This document shows positions 1 through 12,778 of a stretch of DNA of 64,000 nucleotides, piece by piece. Below the pieces are notes generated by a model, which ran no database searches, was not told the origin of the DNA, and worked only from the letters and a program-made list of their open reading frames with translations. How positions within the stretch are numbered: position 1 is the stretch's first letter; each line of letters begins with the position of its first letter. The position numbers were made by a program, and so were the translations under genes. This DNA is from the human T2T-CHM13v2.0 reference genome, Homo sapiens, in the NCBI GenBank assembly GCA_009914755.4, contig CP068257.2:25312001-25376000 (forward strand), given 5' to 3'.

Positions 1-373
1 AGTTTTAATTCCCATTTAAAAGTTATAATTTTAACCTTAAAAATCAAAATCTGTTTAAATCAAAATCTTTTTTGCTATAGATGGCAAAAGGTACCATAAT
101 TATCAAACCATGCTTTGCTCCCAAAAATGTGATGCTGAGTTGATACATACATTTCAAAAGCAAATGAACTATTTAGCTAAAAAGCAAAACATAAGTACAT
201 GTGGATATAAATAACATCTACTATCTAAACTCTACCCAATATATTCCCCAAAATAATTCCCTGAAATAGGCACTATTATCCCTATGTTTCAGATATGAAA
301 ACTGGAGCTCAGAGAGTTTAAATAATTAGACCAGTGTGACATAGGTATAAAGTAATTTAGCAAAAATTGAGCT

Positions 374-456
374 CATTTAGGACTAGATGTTGGAATTAGA
401 CAGAAAAAAGTTAGACACAAAAAATTGTGTCTAATTCCAACATCTAGTCCTAAATG
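374..456. repeat. Perfect 29-bp inverted repeat (374-402 and 428-456) with a 25-nt spacer, i.e. a hairpin-forming palindrome in ADAMTS5 intron 2.
   Basis: catttaggactagatgttggaattagaca at 374-402 and its exact reverse complement tgtctaattccaacatctagtcctaaatg at 428-456. The spacer contains a second nested palindrome, ttagacaca ... tgtgtctaa. Confidence 0.9.
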
Positions 457-1151
457 TACTAAGCCAATTTCTCATACACCTAGTAATCTAGGTCAATAAT
501 TAGGAAGCACATATTCTTTATTTTGGAAATATTTTTTAGCAATCAACTCAGTCCTCTATTTATAGATGTAGGATTTAGATGTGTTTCTTACAACAAACAA
601 ATTAGGTAAGTGACATTTTAAAGCAAACCCTGTTGAGTGTCAGGCTTGGCTTCCTTTCCTTGCTATTAAGAACAAGACAGAAATATTTACCATAAGCCAT
701 TGATGACCTTTGACAGGAGCCTACAATTATCACTGACAATGAAATAAAACATGTTAAATTTCTGTGCAAACTGATTAGCCCTGGATGAGCCAGTACTGTC
801 TCCAGTAACTTCTAAGAAGGACATCTCTGCATACCAAAGTTGCCTGTGACAAATTTCATCCAGGGGTCATTTACGGATGCTTAAAAAGATAGTAAGAAGG
901 CAGTAGCAGTAGCAAATTTCTCTTGAACTTTTAAAGGACACTGTCAGAAGAAAACATCCACCGTGTTGCTGACTTTGCCTTCCCTGTTGCTCGTATTAGT
1001 TAACCTTAAAAGTGCAGATATAAACAAATTTAATCCCCAGTGGTACATCTGAACCAGGAGAAATCTGGAATTAATTGCTAAGTATTTTGGTTCCTGTTGC
1101 AGCTGTTACAAGTGTTTGATTTGGTGAGGGAAAAGAAAAGGCGCTGCATAC

Positions 1152-1284
1152 CGATTTCGTGAGCCACAGTGAAGGCTGCGTGGAGGCCATCGTCTTCAAT
1201 CACAGCACAGCTGCGCTCTGGAGAACATATGGTCCCAACGTCTGCCATTCCCAGGGTGTCACATGAATGATGCCCACATAAATC
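1152..1284 (-). CDS. ADAMTS5: ADAMTS5 coding exon 2 (133 nt, phase 0 start). It encodes [44 protein letters not shown] plus the first nt of a Gly codon, i.e. the first half of the HEIGHxxGxxH zinc-binding motif.
   Basis: Reverse-complement translation of 1152..1284 gives this peptide, which continues the exon-1 ORF in frame at ...ILFTRE|DLCGHH. The acceptor (minus strand) is tttctttctcctgggcag|GAT at 1285-1287. The donor is ATCG|gtatgc at 1151-1150. The junction matches my recalled ADAMTS5 protein sequence. Confidence 0.85.
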
Positions 1285-3744
1285 CTGCCCAGGAGAAAGA
1301 AAGAAATCATTAAAATCAATTTACATCCAGAAGGAGCCGCCACATAGAGCCACTTGCTTACCCCAAATGGCAACAGGGATATGTTTATGGTATCACCTGT
1401 TCCTCTCTGGAAACGTTCCAAAGGCAAACTCAAGGCAGAGACTCTTCTGAACTGCTCTGGGGCCCAGAAACACAGAAGGATAATGGAACTCAATTACATT
1501 TAAAAAGATGTCTTAGGATTGTAACTTGTCTATTACAATAGCACCCGCAGCTTTAACAAAGCCGTAATGCAGATACGTCTCTGATCACTTTCCCATATGG
1601 TCATGCTTAGGAAAGTCCTAAAATTCTGATGGAAATTCATGCTAAATTTATCAAAATCTGGCCTTATAATTTGTTTTCTATTACAGGGGCAAACTGCAGC
1701 CAGACGTCTGCAGCAGAGTATAAATTTATTAGAAATTTGGATAGAAAACTAAATTTTAATTCATAATTTGAGGAAAGGTCATCTTTTACTCCCCAAATGA
1801 GCTGTAATTTCATAGGTTGTGTCTTCTGAAATCTGTACCTTCTTACTCATAACATTTAATGTAGCATTTCTCAACCTGACCAATCTGCAGAAAATATATG
1901 TCATATATTAATTGTGTATACATGAATATATGCATTTTTCTGGTAAAAAGTCATAGTTTTTCATAGATGTCATGTAATCTTTTAAGAGATTCTCAAATAG
2001 GAACATGATTCCACCCCAATAATGGTGAAAAATGATCAATTTAGATGAAAGGGACCTCAACAAGCCTCTTGAGATATGAAACATAAAGAGAAAATATAAG
2101 CCGCAACTTTTTGACATGACAGATTCATAATGATAAACTTTCCCTTTAAATGCTATTTGAGTATTAATGGACATTAGCATTTCTTGTGCTTGACCACAAT
2201 TTTCCATGAAAATTTACTAACAATGTGCTCATTTATATTCCCAAAGAGCAAGATCGTGTTTCTAGTAAGCCATAAGTTAGGAACTCTAAAAGGAAAAGTT
2301 TTAAAAATATACTAATTATTGTAAAGACAACTGTTTATTGGTTAAAATAATAAATGTTTCTATTATACAACAATCATTTTTGTATGCCCAACTTCCATAT
2401 TCTCCAGCTTATATAGTAGGAACTCAGCAAACATTTGTTTCATTGAGTTGTGACCTACAGTCAGATACATTATAGTGCTCCCACATCTTTAATATGCTGT
2501 ATGCCAGCAGGACCTCAGCAGGCTCCAGACAACCAGTACAAGGCAGTGTGACTACATAACCAGTGCTACATACTCAATGGCAACATACTCTTCTAACCCT
2601 TTGCTATTTTGCTGCATAAAAATCCTACCAAGGTGAAGAGTATTTAGAAACTCAGCTGTATTCTCTTCTCTTAACTTCATTCTCAGGTCCTTATTGTGTT
2701 CTGTTTATTATGAGTTCCCAGCTGAGATAAGTTACGGTGTGGCCACCAAGTTACTGTAGCTTTAGACACTGGAAATCTCAGCCAAGTAGCCTTGGTTAAT
2801 CATGTCACAAAACCAACAGCCTTCCAAAGTTTCCTGTATATCCTCCCATGTCATCCCATGGGATGCCAAATTACAGCTGTTGAGTACAAATCAGTAGTTT
2901 TTCAAATTGAAATTGGAACACACTTTTGCATAATAATCAGTCTTTGAGATAATAATGTAGCACAATACATTTTTAAGCCCCTCCCCCACAATCATTTCAC
3001 TATCTCTAGGACCAAAAACCTAGGTCATGCCTTAAGGGAGCTGCTAGACACTCTAGGTTATATCTGCACACATTTTTTTTAAAACAAGATTTATGTTTAT
3101 ATCGCAATTTGGGGTATTTATCTTTAAATAATAAAATCCAAGAATTACATTTTCCCTTCTTACTCTATAAATAAGCTAAGATGAAGAGCCACAGCAAAGG
3201 GAAATGACCCTCCTCTTCTCGATAGAGATTAAACTAGATTCTTAATATCTCTCTGTTTACTGCTAATCAATTGCTCATTAGAGGCCATCAACCCTCCTTG
3301 TCATCCTTGAATTGGATTAAATGCATTTGGCCTTTTGCCACGGAAATGTGACAAAATTATGAACAGAAGCACTTGTTATTTTTTTAACCACACTGATTAA
3401 ACTCCTTGACTACTCAGCCACACTATATATTTCTGTAGCTATAATTATGTAAACTGGCAACCTTTCCATTTCACTCACACAATTTCAAATCTTGGCAAAC
3501 AGTTACAGTTTCAGCCTCAAGGCTTATAATGAACATCTGAATTTCTTTGTGAACAATGTTCATTTCAATGAATTAAAACTAATGTGCGTCAAATTGTTAA
3601 GAATACAGCATCTCGCATTCATGTCTACTTTCTGTTGATGATTTCTAACAACATTTATAGGTGTAAACCTTATTTGAAGTTTATAGAATACTTTCTTAAA
3701 TTCTTAAATTCTGAGCAGGAGTAAAGATATTATTGGGGCAATAG

Positions 3745-3890
3745 TATATGTGTATATGTGTATACATATATACACATTTGCTATTATATATGTGTATGTA
3801 TACACACACATATATGTGATACACGGATATGTGTGTGTGTCTATAGATAGACGGATAGATGATAGATAGATAGATAGATAGATAGATATA
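3745..3890. repeat. Compound microsatellite: a TA/TG-rich tract followed by (GATA)n at about 3845-3888.
   Basis: gatagatgatagatagatagatagatagatagatata. Confidence 0.9.
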
Positions 3891-4757
3891 ATCTAGACCT
3901 GGAAGCAGGAGATACTGGAGAGATGTGAATCACATACAATACCATGTAAGAGGTAAACGAATTAAAAGTTCTGACAAAAGCTTATCTGCTTGTTCAGTGT
4001 AGATCTGAAGGTAAGTGATTATCTTTGTCATATCAAATAAGGCTTGTTTTATGCAAGATCAATATCTTATCACTACTGTGTGGACAGTAATGCAGTGGAA
4101 GATTTAGTAAAATATGAAGGTTGCAAAGGTTGCAGAGATTTATCTAGTGGTTTTGTGGTATGGTGTTGGCCAGGATACAAGACTGAGACATTGTATCTAA
4201 CTCAGAAGTGTATTCATGGTGGTCTGCACCACCAGCAGAGATTCGATAGGAAGGTCATTGACACTGTGACCATTCACCAGGTATGACCTTTTAGGAGACT
4301 ATAAATATGGCCAAGCTTGTGATTTATCACAGAATTTTGAAGCCGTAATAATACCCAAGATCTACTGGGCACTTCTTGGGGATGGGATGGGGGACAGGGA
4401 GCCAGTAAAGGATGCTGCCTTGAGAAGCAGATGCTCAGAAGATAGTGTGAACTCTGAAAATCCCAGTGGGCAGTACTGGGTGGTGAAAATGAACCAGTCA
4501 GACCCAAATGTCCTAAGGTGGACAAATCACAGGAATCATAGGATTTCTTGTCTTGACTGAGAGATTGTTTTCACATGCAGTGCAAATACGCTGAGGGAGG
4601 GAGCCAGAGGCAACACAAATGCTGACACAGGTAGATACCATCACAGCTGCAGCCACAGCAGCTGAAATTAAGGAAGAACACCTTATATCAGAGTTAAATA
4701 ATAGCAACTTCTGTTTCTATAGATCTTACCCCTTGGTAAGGGCAAGCATGGAGCTCA

Positions 4758-4786
4758 AGGGAAGAGCACATACACACACACACACA
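4758..4786. repeat. (CA)n dinucleotide repeat.
   Basis: acatacacacacacacacaaacgcatgc. Confidence 0.8.
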
Positions 4787-7700
4787 AACGCATGCATATT
4801 TGTTCTGTGGATCTGATTCTTGATTCTTGAGGAGTCCTTTGCCTTTCTGGCTACCTATCCAGCAGTCCCCAATAATAGGGGTTTTAATTTTAGATTTCAG
4901 CAGAGACTACATTAATTGGAACTGTTAGGCCAACCTTTACGATGACCCATTTTATACAATCTCTATCCTTGTCTCTTGATACACCTAAGGGATACCAAAC
5001 ACACAGAGCCCAGATGGATTAGGGTCCCAGAGATCCAGACGTGTTTATTCCTAAAACAATTATTGTGTGCCTACAATCTGCCAGACACTGTGGAAGTGCT
5101 GACACTGTGGTAAATAGATGAAATAAGATCTGATCCTGAGCTTTAGGGAACATCAGGCTCTAAGGAGCAAAACAGATATGTCAAGAACAAAGCAAACTGT
5201 GACTTCCATTATGAACAGATTGTTCAGGGAGAACAGAAGAGGCATTGATGAATTCTCCTTGAGGGAATCCATAAAGGTGTCTCCACGGAAGTGAGTGGAT
5301 CTGATAGCCTGGGAGGAAGGATACTCTGGCAAGGAAGGACTAGTGGAAACATAATGGAATGGGAAAAGGCAGAGTCTTTTGGGAATGACAAGAAGTTTGT
5401 TTTGGCTGGAACACAGGATCTGTTGAGCAGAGGGCTAGCAGGGAAGCTGGAAAGAGAGTCTGGGCCCAGAGTTCCAAGTCAGGAAGCTTTCTCTGACAAA
5501 TGTGAGGTAAGAAGGGGAAGAAGAGATGGAGCAAGTTGGAGACAGGGAGCAGGGGAGTAGATGCTTGACGGAGTCATTCTGGTAAAGAGAAATGGAAGCT
5601 GGTTAGAGAGTGAATGGAAGGTAGATTGCTTTTTAATTCAATGCTGTTAGTGAGAAGCACTGTGTAAATCATTTACATGCTTTGAGACAAAGTTCCCTCA
5701 TCATTAACATCAGGAGTTTGGTCCAGGTCATCTCTAGGGTTTGTTCCAGCTACACATGTCCTGATATTAACTAAAAGCATTCCAATTTATAAAGAAATTA
5801 AAGCTCAGGGGCATTAAATGCTCCAAATCTCAAGTTTGTCCATACTGAAGCTGAAATTCAAACCTGTATCTAAACACTCAGAATCCTGAACTTACTTCAC
5901 CATGGTTTTGTTAAGTCATCACATACGTTATTCTTGACATTAATCTTATCTTTTGTATTCATAATCTACACTTGATTAAGCAAATTTCTTTCTTGCAGCA
6001 AATAAAGAATATCCTGGTTTTCTCTCTATGCTGTGTTGGAAAAACTAGATAATTTAGAGGTATACTAAATATATGAAATACACTGTGAAAGATATTCCAG
6101 AAAACAAGAAAATGGAAGCACTGGATAAGAAAACTGGTGACATCATTAACTCGCCTCCTTCTCTCACCTGTCACATCTAATTAGCCACTGTAAGTCACTG
6201 TAGTTGTCCTCTATTTCTCATTTTTTTCTACTATTATTTCCTGCCTGAATTATAACCCGAGACTTCTAACTGGTCCCTTTTCCTCCTGTAACTTCCTTAT
6301 CTATATGCTCAAGTCAGTCACCTTCTTAGAGCACAGATCTTATTAGATTCCTCCAGTCCTTCATGTCAGCCTTAGCCTGGCATTCAAAACCTGGCACACT
6401 ACAGCCTCAGTCTTTCTGTCTGCCTCCACTGTACCTTCCTGCTCCATTCTGTCCACTATTTTGTGCATATCTCATGAATATTTTGGCCTCTGAAGCTCAG
6501 CCCAAGACATTCCTTCTGCTACAAAGAATTTTTACTCACATCCACCTCTTCCTAACATTTCTTGACCCAATCTATGCCTCTCAATTCCTAATGCCACTGC
6601 TTTAGTTTAGACCACCTTGAGCCTCCTCTTGAAGATTTCTGAAACAGCCTGCTCACCCAGGATCCAGTCCACTACTTAGACCAGAAGGTTCATTTCAGAA
6701 CACACCTCTGATCATTGCTGTCTTCCTACTAATGTTCTTTTCAATGATTGCCATTGCACTTAATTTACAATTAAAACTTGTCAGCATGGTGGAGTAGACT
6801 GAATTGTGTCCTCTCCAAACTCATCTATTTGGAGATAGGGCCTACAAGGAGGTAAATGAGGTTAAATGAGGTCATGAGGACAGGACTCTAATCAGATAGG
6901 GTTAGTGTCCTTAGAAGAAGTGATACCCAAGAGTGTTCACTCTGTTTCTACTTGCAGGCAGTGGGAAGGCTTTGTGAGTACACAGTGAGAGGGTGGCCAT
7001 TTATAGGACAGGAAGAGAGCCCTCACTAGAAATCAAATTGGCTGGAGCCTTGGTCTTGGACTTTCTGGACTCCAGAACTGTGAGAAGACATACTTCGGTG
7101 GTTAAATCCACCCATTGTACAATATTCTGTTACGGTGGCCTGAGCAGACTAGCAGACATAGTGTATAGTTTTGTTTTTCCATAGTTGGGTTGTTATTATC
7201 TTCTCCAAACTAATCTATTACCATTTCCCATTGAACATGATGGTTTGCTGATGTCTGCAATGCCTATCTCCTCCTTACGTATCTGGCTAACTCCCACTCT
7301 TTCTTCAAAATTGAACTCAGATGGAGTGAGCAATCTTCTAATGCACTTCCATAATACCTTACAAATACATCTACTGTAAGAGCCATCATGCTGTGCAGCA
7401 ATGACCATTTCCCTGTCTGTTTCCAGGAATAGATTCTTAAGAAAGGGGCTACTTTTTAAATCTCTGAATCCCTCCTTGCCTACGAGGAGCATATTAAAGG
7501 TTTGAATAAATTAGTGATAATGCTTTTAGTTTAGAGAGCACTAGACAGGACTGTCTTCTCTGTCTGCCATTTGTTAGCTGTTAGTCTAAGAAGTTTATCT
7601 TTGTTTCTCTTCACATGAATTCTGTCAAGATAATTACACAATGGTTACAGATTGTTGAAATGATTAATTGTAAAATAGTTTGTGGCCATGGATAGTACAT

Positions 7701-10047
7701 AAGAAATGCTCAATAGCAGCTGGCTGAATCTAAATCCAATCTATCCATCCTTTGAGGACCAATTCAATTCTACATTTGCAATGAGACCTACAGAAAGGTC
7801 CATAGGCAGAATTAACTGTTACCTTCCTTTTCCTTTCACAGACTTTGTTTATATCTCAGTATGGGATTTATCAGAGTTTTCCTAACAGTAGTGTGATTTC
7901 CACGTGTATCTGTTTCCACTCTGCTGGGGATACGCCTAGTGGGCAGGGAGCAGGTATTTCTACCTCGCTGCCTTAAACTGCCTACATGAGTCTCACACAT
8001 AGGAGGTGCATGTAGGCAGATACTGCACAGATTTTAGATTTTTCATAATATCCCTCACAGTTTATTGTAAAAATGTTAATTAGAGCTGCTTAGTCTGCTA
8101 CCAGTCTCCCCACTTCTGAGTTATTTATCCTTTTATTGATTAGGATTGACCTATAGGCTCTGATTCCTTGACAAGGGTTCACTTTTGACTTTAAATGAGA
8201 TTTCAGCTCAAATATGTGACTGAATTAGTCCAGGCAGCAAGCCAATAAGAAAAAGCCCATCCCTCTCCCTCTTCCAAACTTCTGGTCTTCCTCTACTGCC
8301 CCCTGTTGTCAGAATCAAGCCAGGAGCCACGTGGTAAAGGAGAAATGCCGTGTGGGGAGACCCGGTCCCAGCAATCTAAGGCAGAATGTACAGAGTTTTA
8401 GCTGAGACAGTGATCTATCAACTGGCATATTGATAGTTAATGAAAGGGAATTATCTTTTTATATTGCACAATCTCTTAGTTGGTTCGATTTTAATTCAGT
8501 GTTTCAATCTATGAAAGAGTAAGGTTTTTGCTGCTTTCATGAAGGGGTGGAGGGATATTAAACAATTTCCTATTTTGTTATCAAGCAGGTAGGCTTTTGT
8601 TTCTAAAGAGCAAATGGTCTAAAAAAAACGACTGTAAGAGTTTGTCTTTGAAGAAATTATCTTGAAATAAAAGAGGACGTCCAGAACAAGGAAAGGATTC
8701 TGGAAAGCAAAGCTAAATCCTGGGGAGATTGGATTTCTACTGTTTGATGGCAGAAGTGGTGTGAATTCCAGCATTAGTGCCATTTCAGAATGAAAACAGC
8801 TTTTATGCCAGGAAATTGACTGGTGCTAACTCTCTCTAATTAGAATAGTACTGGAGTGCTGGGTACAGTCCTGACAGTGAAGTGTGATCGTTTGATAAAT
8901 GAGTTACTAGCTCTATTCTGCTGACTTCCAGATGCAACTTTCAAGGTGGCCTCAGCTAGTAAACAGAGGTAGAAAACATATCCTCGTACATTCGCTTCAT
9001 GCCTAAAAAACAAGCAATTTAGGAGAAGACATCTGGACCTAAATTTGAGCAGGACTCAGAGCCCATCAAAACATGGATTTCATAGCTTGGCGTCTGGCTG
9101 CTAAGCAACGCACTTCTTACATTCAAAACAGAGTTGTAAAAGTAGAATCTTGGTGCCAACTCTGGGTATTTCTCATTGAAAAGGAAATAGCTCTGAAAGC
9201 TTTTCTTTGGGCCTTAAGATAATCTGATTTTCATGAGATGGAAGACCTCAGATCATCTCTCCTCCAGACTTCTTTTTTTTTTTCATGCTCTGAAGTATTA
9301 GGCAAAGTTCACTTTGCATTGTGAAATACTCTCAAATGAATGCTGCATAAATGCCTTGAAATTTTTTTCAACCCCCTAATTAGTAACACTCTTTTAAATT
9401 GGGCGCATCTATTGAAAATACACATGCATTTCAAATATTTGCTTCTTGTGAAGTTAGATGTGTATACTACAGGGCCAACCACAAATGAAATTTGTTTTCC
9501 TAAAAGTATGCTTCTGCTTGGCAAGGAGACCAGAGAGGGCCCATGTGAAATATCTTCCATGTGTAGACTAGTTTGAAAAATGCATGTCCTTATAATACTG
9601 ACAAAAATTAAGATGGACCATTAATTTATTTGTCCCTTGCTTTGTATCTATTTAAAATATGCTGTTAAGTTTCAGACTTTGGAAAAATAGGGACAGTTAA
9701 CTATCCAAACAAAAAACAAATTCGGAAAAAGTAATCGACAAATCATTGAGAATCACTGAGTAGTTTCCTGTTTTCTGGGAAACAATTAGGAATGTTATGG
9801 GGCAGGAGGTAGGAAGTAACAGACCTTCTATTAATTTTTATTTATTTTAAAATTATGAAATGTGGATTTGTGTTTAAAAATGAAAGTGAACTACTAAAAT
9901 GACCCACTCCTTGGCGCAGTATGCTTACAAAAGTATTTCTTCCTCTTCCTTTAGAGAACCTCCTTCCATAAACTCTCCAAAGCCTCCTTCTTGGCATCCT
10001 CTTGTGATGTAGCAGAGCAAGGAACCCCAGACACGGAAAGTTGCTTA

Positions 10048-10073
10048 CCAAAAAAAAAAAAAAAAAAAAAAAA
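10048..10073. repeat. Poly(A) tract of about 26 nt in intron 1.
   Basis: ttacc(a)26gagc. It is not preceded by a recognisable Alu body. Confidence 0.85.
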
Positions 10074-11674
10074 AGAGCTTGGAAACCTAACAAGAAATGG
10101 ATAGTTTTACAGAACTTCATTTTGCAGAGAAGGCTACAAATGAATGTTCTACCGCTTCAAAGACTAATGTTGTGCAGAGGAATTAAAGGATGGCTTCCAG
10201 AAAATCACTTAATGAGGAAAAAAATGTTTTCCATTGTGCACAGCACTGCGCGCTGCTTGGCTCTCCCTAAACTGCCGCCCTCCAGCATCTTTGTTTACAT
10301 GTGGTTTACATTAATGTCCACCCTATGAACCACAAGTGTTTCTCTACTCCAAATTTATCAACACTTTTCCTTCATACCAGGGGTGCCTTAGTAAAAATAG
10401 AAGAATTAGGTAGCGAAGCTGTGTGATTCTAAAGTCTGCAATCCATCATTTAATTTCCTATCCTTGTTCTGTTTGCTTCATTTCATACCATGATTTTACA
10501 TAATACTTCAAAGTTTGTAATCCTTAATCTATTCTGGATGGGTCTCAAATACTTAAAGAATGAGCTTTAGAAGTCAATTCTTACCAGGCATTTAAGAGGC
10601 ACAACTTAAAACTGCCAATCAGAGTCGAGTTGTGACAACTGAGGCTTAGAACTATGCGCAAGCCAGGCCCCAAACCAACCCAGACTTTTTGTGTAAATGT
10701 CACACTAACGTAGTGGTCAAATACTGTGTAAATAGATACTGCGTTCCTCCCTGAGCCTCTGAGCCTTAAAGATCCATTTCTTTGCTTCCCCATAACCATC
10801 TTTCTTAAAAGGGGGAAATGCTGGGAAAACATTTCTTCCTTCTGTCTTGACTCTTCGCCCAGATCTTCTGCACTGGGGCTTCGGAAACATATTCATCCAA
10901 AACCCAAACACGCAAACGGGATGTGACCCTCCCTAGGCGGCGGAGTTGGCCTGGGCAGTGCTTGCGACGCACTGGTCGACTAAGCAAAGGAGTTGTTAAG
11001 GAACCTCACAAGTTTGTCCTCTCATCTGATTGGGTCTCTGTACCCTGCTGGCCCGCCCACATTCCTTCCTTCCCAGGAACTGAGATTCCAAGGTGGACAT
11101 GTAAGAACTCCATTAGGAATCCAACCTGGAAAAAGAGTCCTTGAGAAAGTTTTCTCATCCTCTGTGTAACAGAAGGGGTTCTAGTAAAAAGGTGTGGACA
11201 CTTACAAAAGAAGGTCATCGGATAACAGTGAGTACCGTGAGTGAACCATCCAGCCCTTTCCATTAGGTGGGACAAGGTTATATTTTATTTTCACTGGAAA
11301 GAAGAAGACCCATGATCCCAAAGGCAACTTTGTTTTCCTTCCTTTTCCCCATTTAACTGTATCATTTCCCCAAGCATCCTTGTGCCTTCTTATGTTTACG
11401 TTCCTATGCCACAACACCTCAGACTAGATGACATGCAGCACTACTGGGTCTTCATCATCACCTAAGCAAGTCTTGGCATTTAAGGCAAAAATTTCTGCGG
11501 GGCTAACGTGAATACAGGAGCAGAGTTGAAGGCTGGTTGGATTTCCTGCAAGAAGCAGTTAAACACATCCACAGCTGCAGGAGGTTTGAGGGAGAAGCAA
11601 AGCCACCAGCAAGATTCCCTTCTACCTACCTCCTGATATCAGCGCTGGGACCCCCGCATCCCGGCTGGACCTAC

Positions 11675-12778
11675 CTCCCGAGTAAACAGGATAGCTGCAT
11701 CGTAGTGCTCCTCATGGTCATCTCCCAGCTGGTTGTGTTGGTGCTGCCACTTGCAAAAGTTCTTGAGTGTGGTGGCAGCGTTCTTGCTCACTTCCAGGCT
11801 CTTGTCCTTGTCGCCTAGCACCACCACCTTCACCACGGCCAGGCGGATGTGGTTCTCGATGCTAGCATGGCTGTACAGCCTATTGGCGATGGAGGCCAGG
11901 GTCAGCAGGTAATGCTGCAGGCCCCGGCCATACAACCGCGCCATGGACGCGTCAGCCACCAGAAGCAGCTCCACCTGGCGGGCCCGGGAGATGGAGCGGC
12001 GCCGCCGCCGCCACCACGTCTGCGGTCCTGAGCCCCCAGCGGGCGAGAGAGCGGACTGGTCCAAGAGCTGCGAGGCCAGTGCTGCGCGTCCGCTCGGGTT
12101 GCTGTGCGCCGGAGCATGCTCGTGGGCCTCCGGTGTGGACGCGGGGGTTTCGCAGCTGGCGCGCGGCGGCAGGGCCTCGAAGCTGAAGCCCTCGCGGGTG
12201 TAGACGTGCAGGATCCGTGCGGACCCATCCCCGTACACGCGCCCCTTTTCTTCCTCCGCCCAGGGTCCGCGCAGCAGTGGCTTTAGGGTGTAGCGCGCGT
12301 GCTTGACCGCGAAGAAGCCGTCGAGACCCCCACAGAGGTCAAAGACAGCCAGAGAGCGGGGACTACCGTCCACTGTGCCCCGATAGAAGCAGTGGCTCCG
12401 GTGGCGCCAGGGCGCACTCGTCCCGCCTCCTGCGGGCACGAAGCCAGCAATGCCCACCGAACCATCTCGCTCCAGGTCCAAGAGGAACCTCCGGCCGCCC
12501 GCGTAGACGAGGTAGCCCACCTTGCCGCCGCCGGAGTAGAGTTGGTCGATGTTCTGCACCAGCCCCTTGCTCCTGCGCCGCTGCGCCAGGGGGTGCGGGT
12601 GGCCGGGAGGCTCGGCTCGCTCCTGCACCTCCTCCCCCTGCCGCCGGCTGGGCTGGGCGGCTGCTGCAGCAGTCGGAGGCTGCCCGGCTTTATCCTGGGC
12701 AGGTGTCGCGGCGGGGCCGACCGCGGCCAGGGGCAGGCGGAACGCGCACAGCAGCAGGGACGCCCACCCGAGCAGCAT
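11675..12778 (-). CDS. ADAMTS5: ADAMTS5 coding part of exon 1 (368 codons). It covers the signal peptide, prodomain, poly-Arg furin site (WWRRRRR|SISRARQVE) and the start of the metalloprotease domain up to ...HYDAAILFTRE.
   Basis: The ORF track 11639..12778(-) starts MLLGWASLLLCAFRLPLAAVGPAATPAQDKAGQPP..., which matches my recalled ADAMTS5/aggrecanase-2 N-terminus including the known mature N-terminus SISRARQVELL. The ATG is at 12776-12778 in context gcgcACTATGc. The exon ends at the consensus donor CGGGAG|GTAGGT (plus-strand acctac at 11669-11674). The ORF tail beyond 11675 (VGPAGMRGSQR) is intronic read-through. Confidence 0.9.

Noticed and set aside
1-1151. Searched the minus strand for ADAMTS5 exon 3, which would encode HLLGLSHDDSKFCEETFG...
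   Set aside because: No matching reading frame or stop-free stretch was found. Intron 2 evidently extends beyond the window start.
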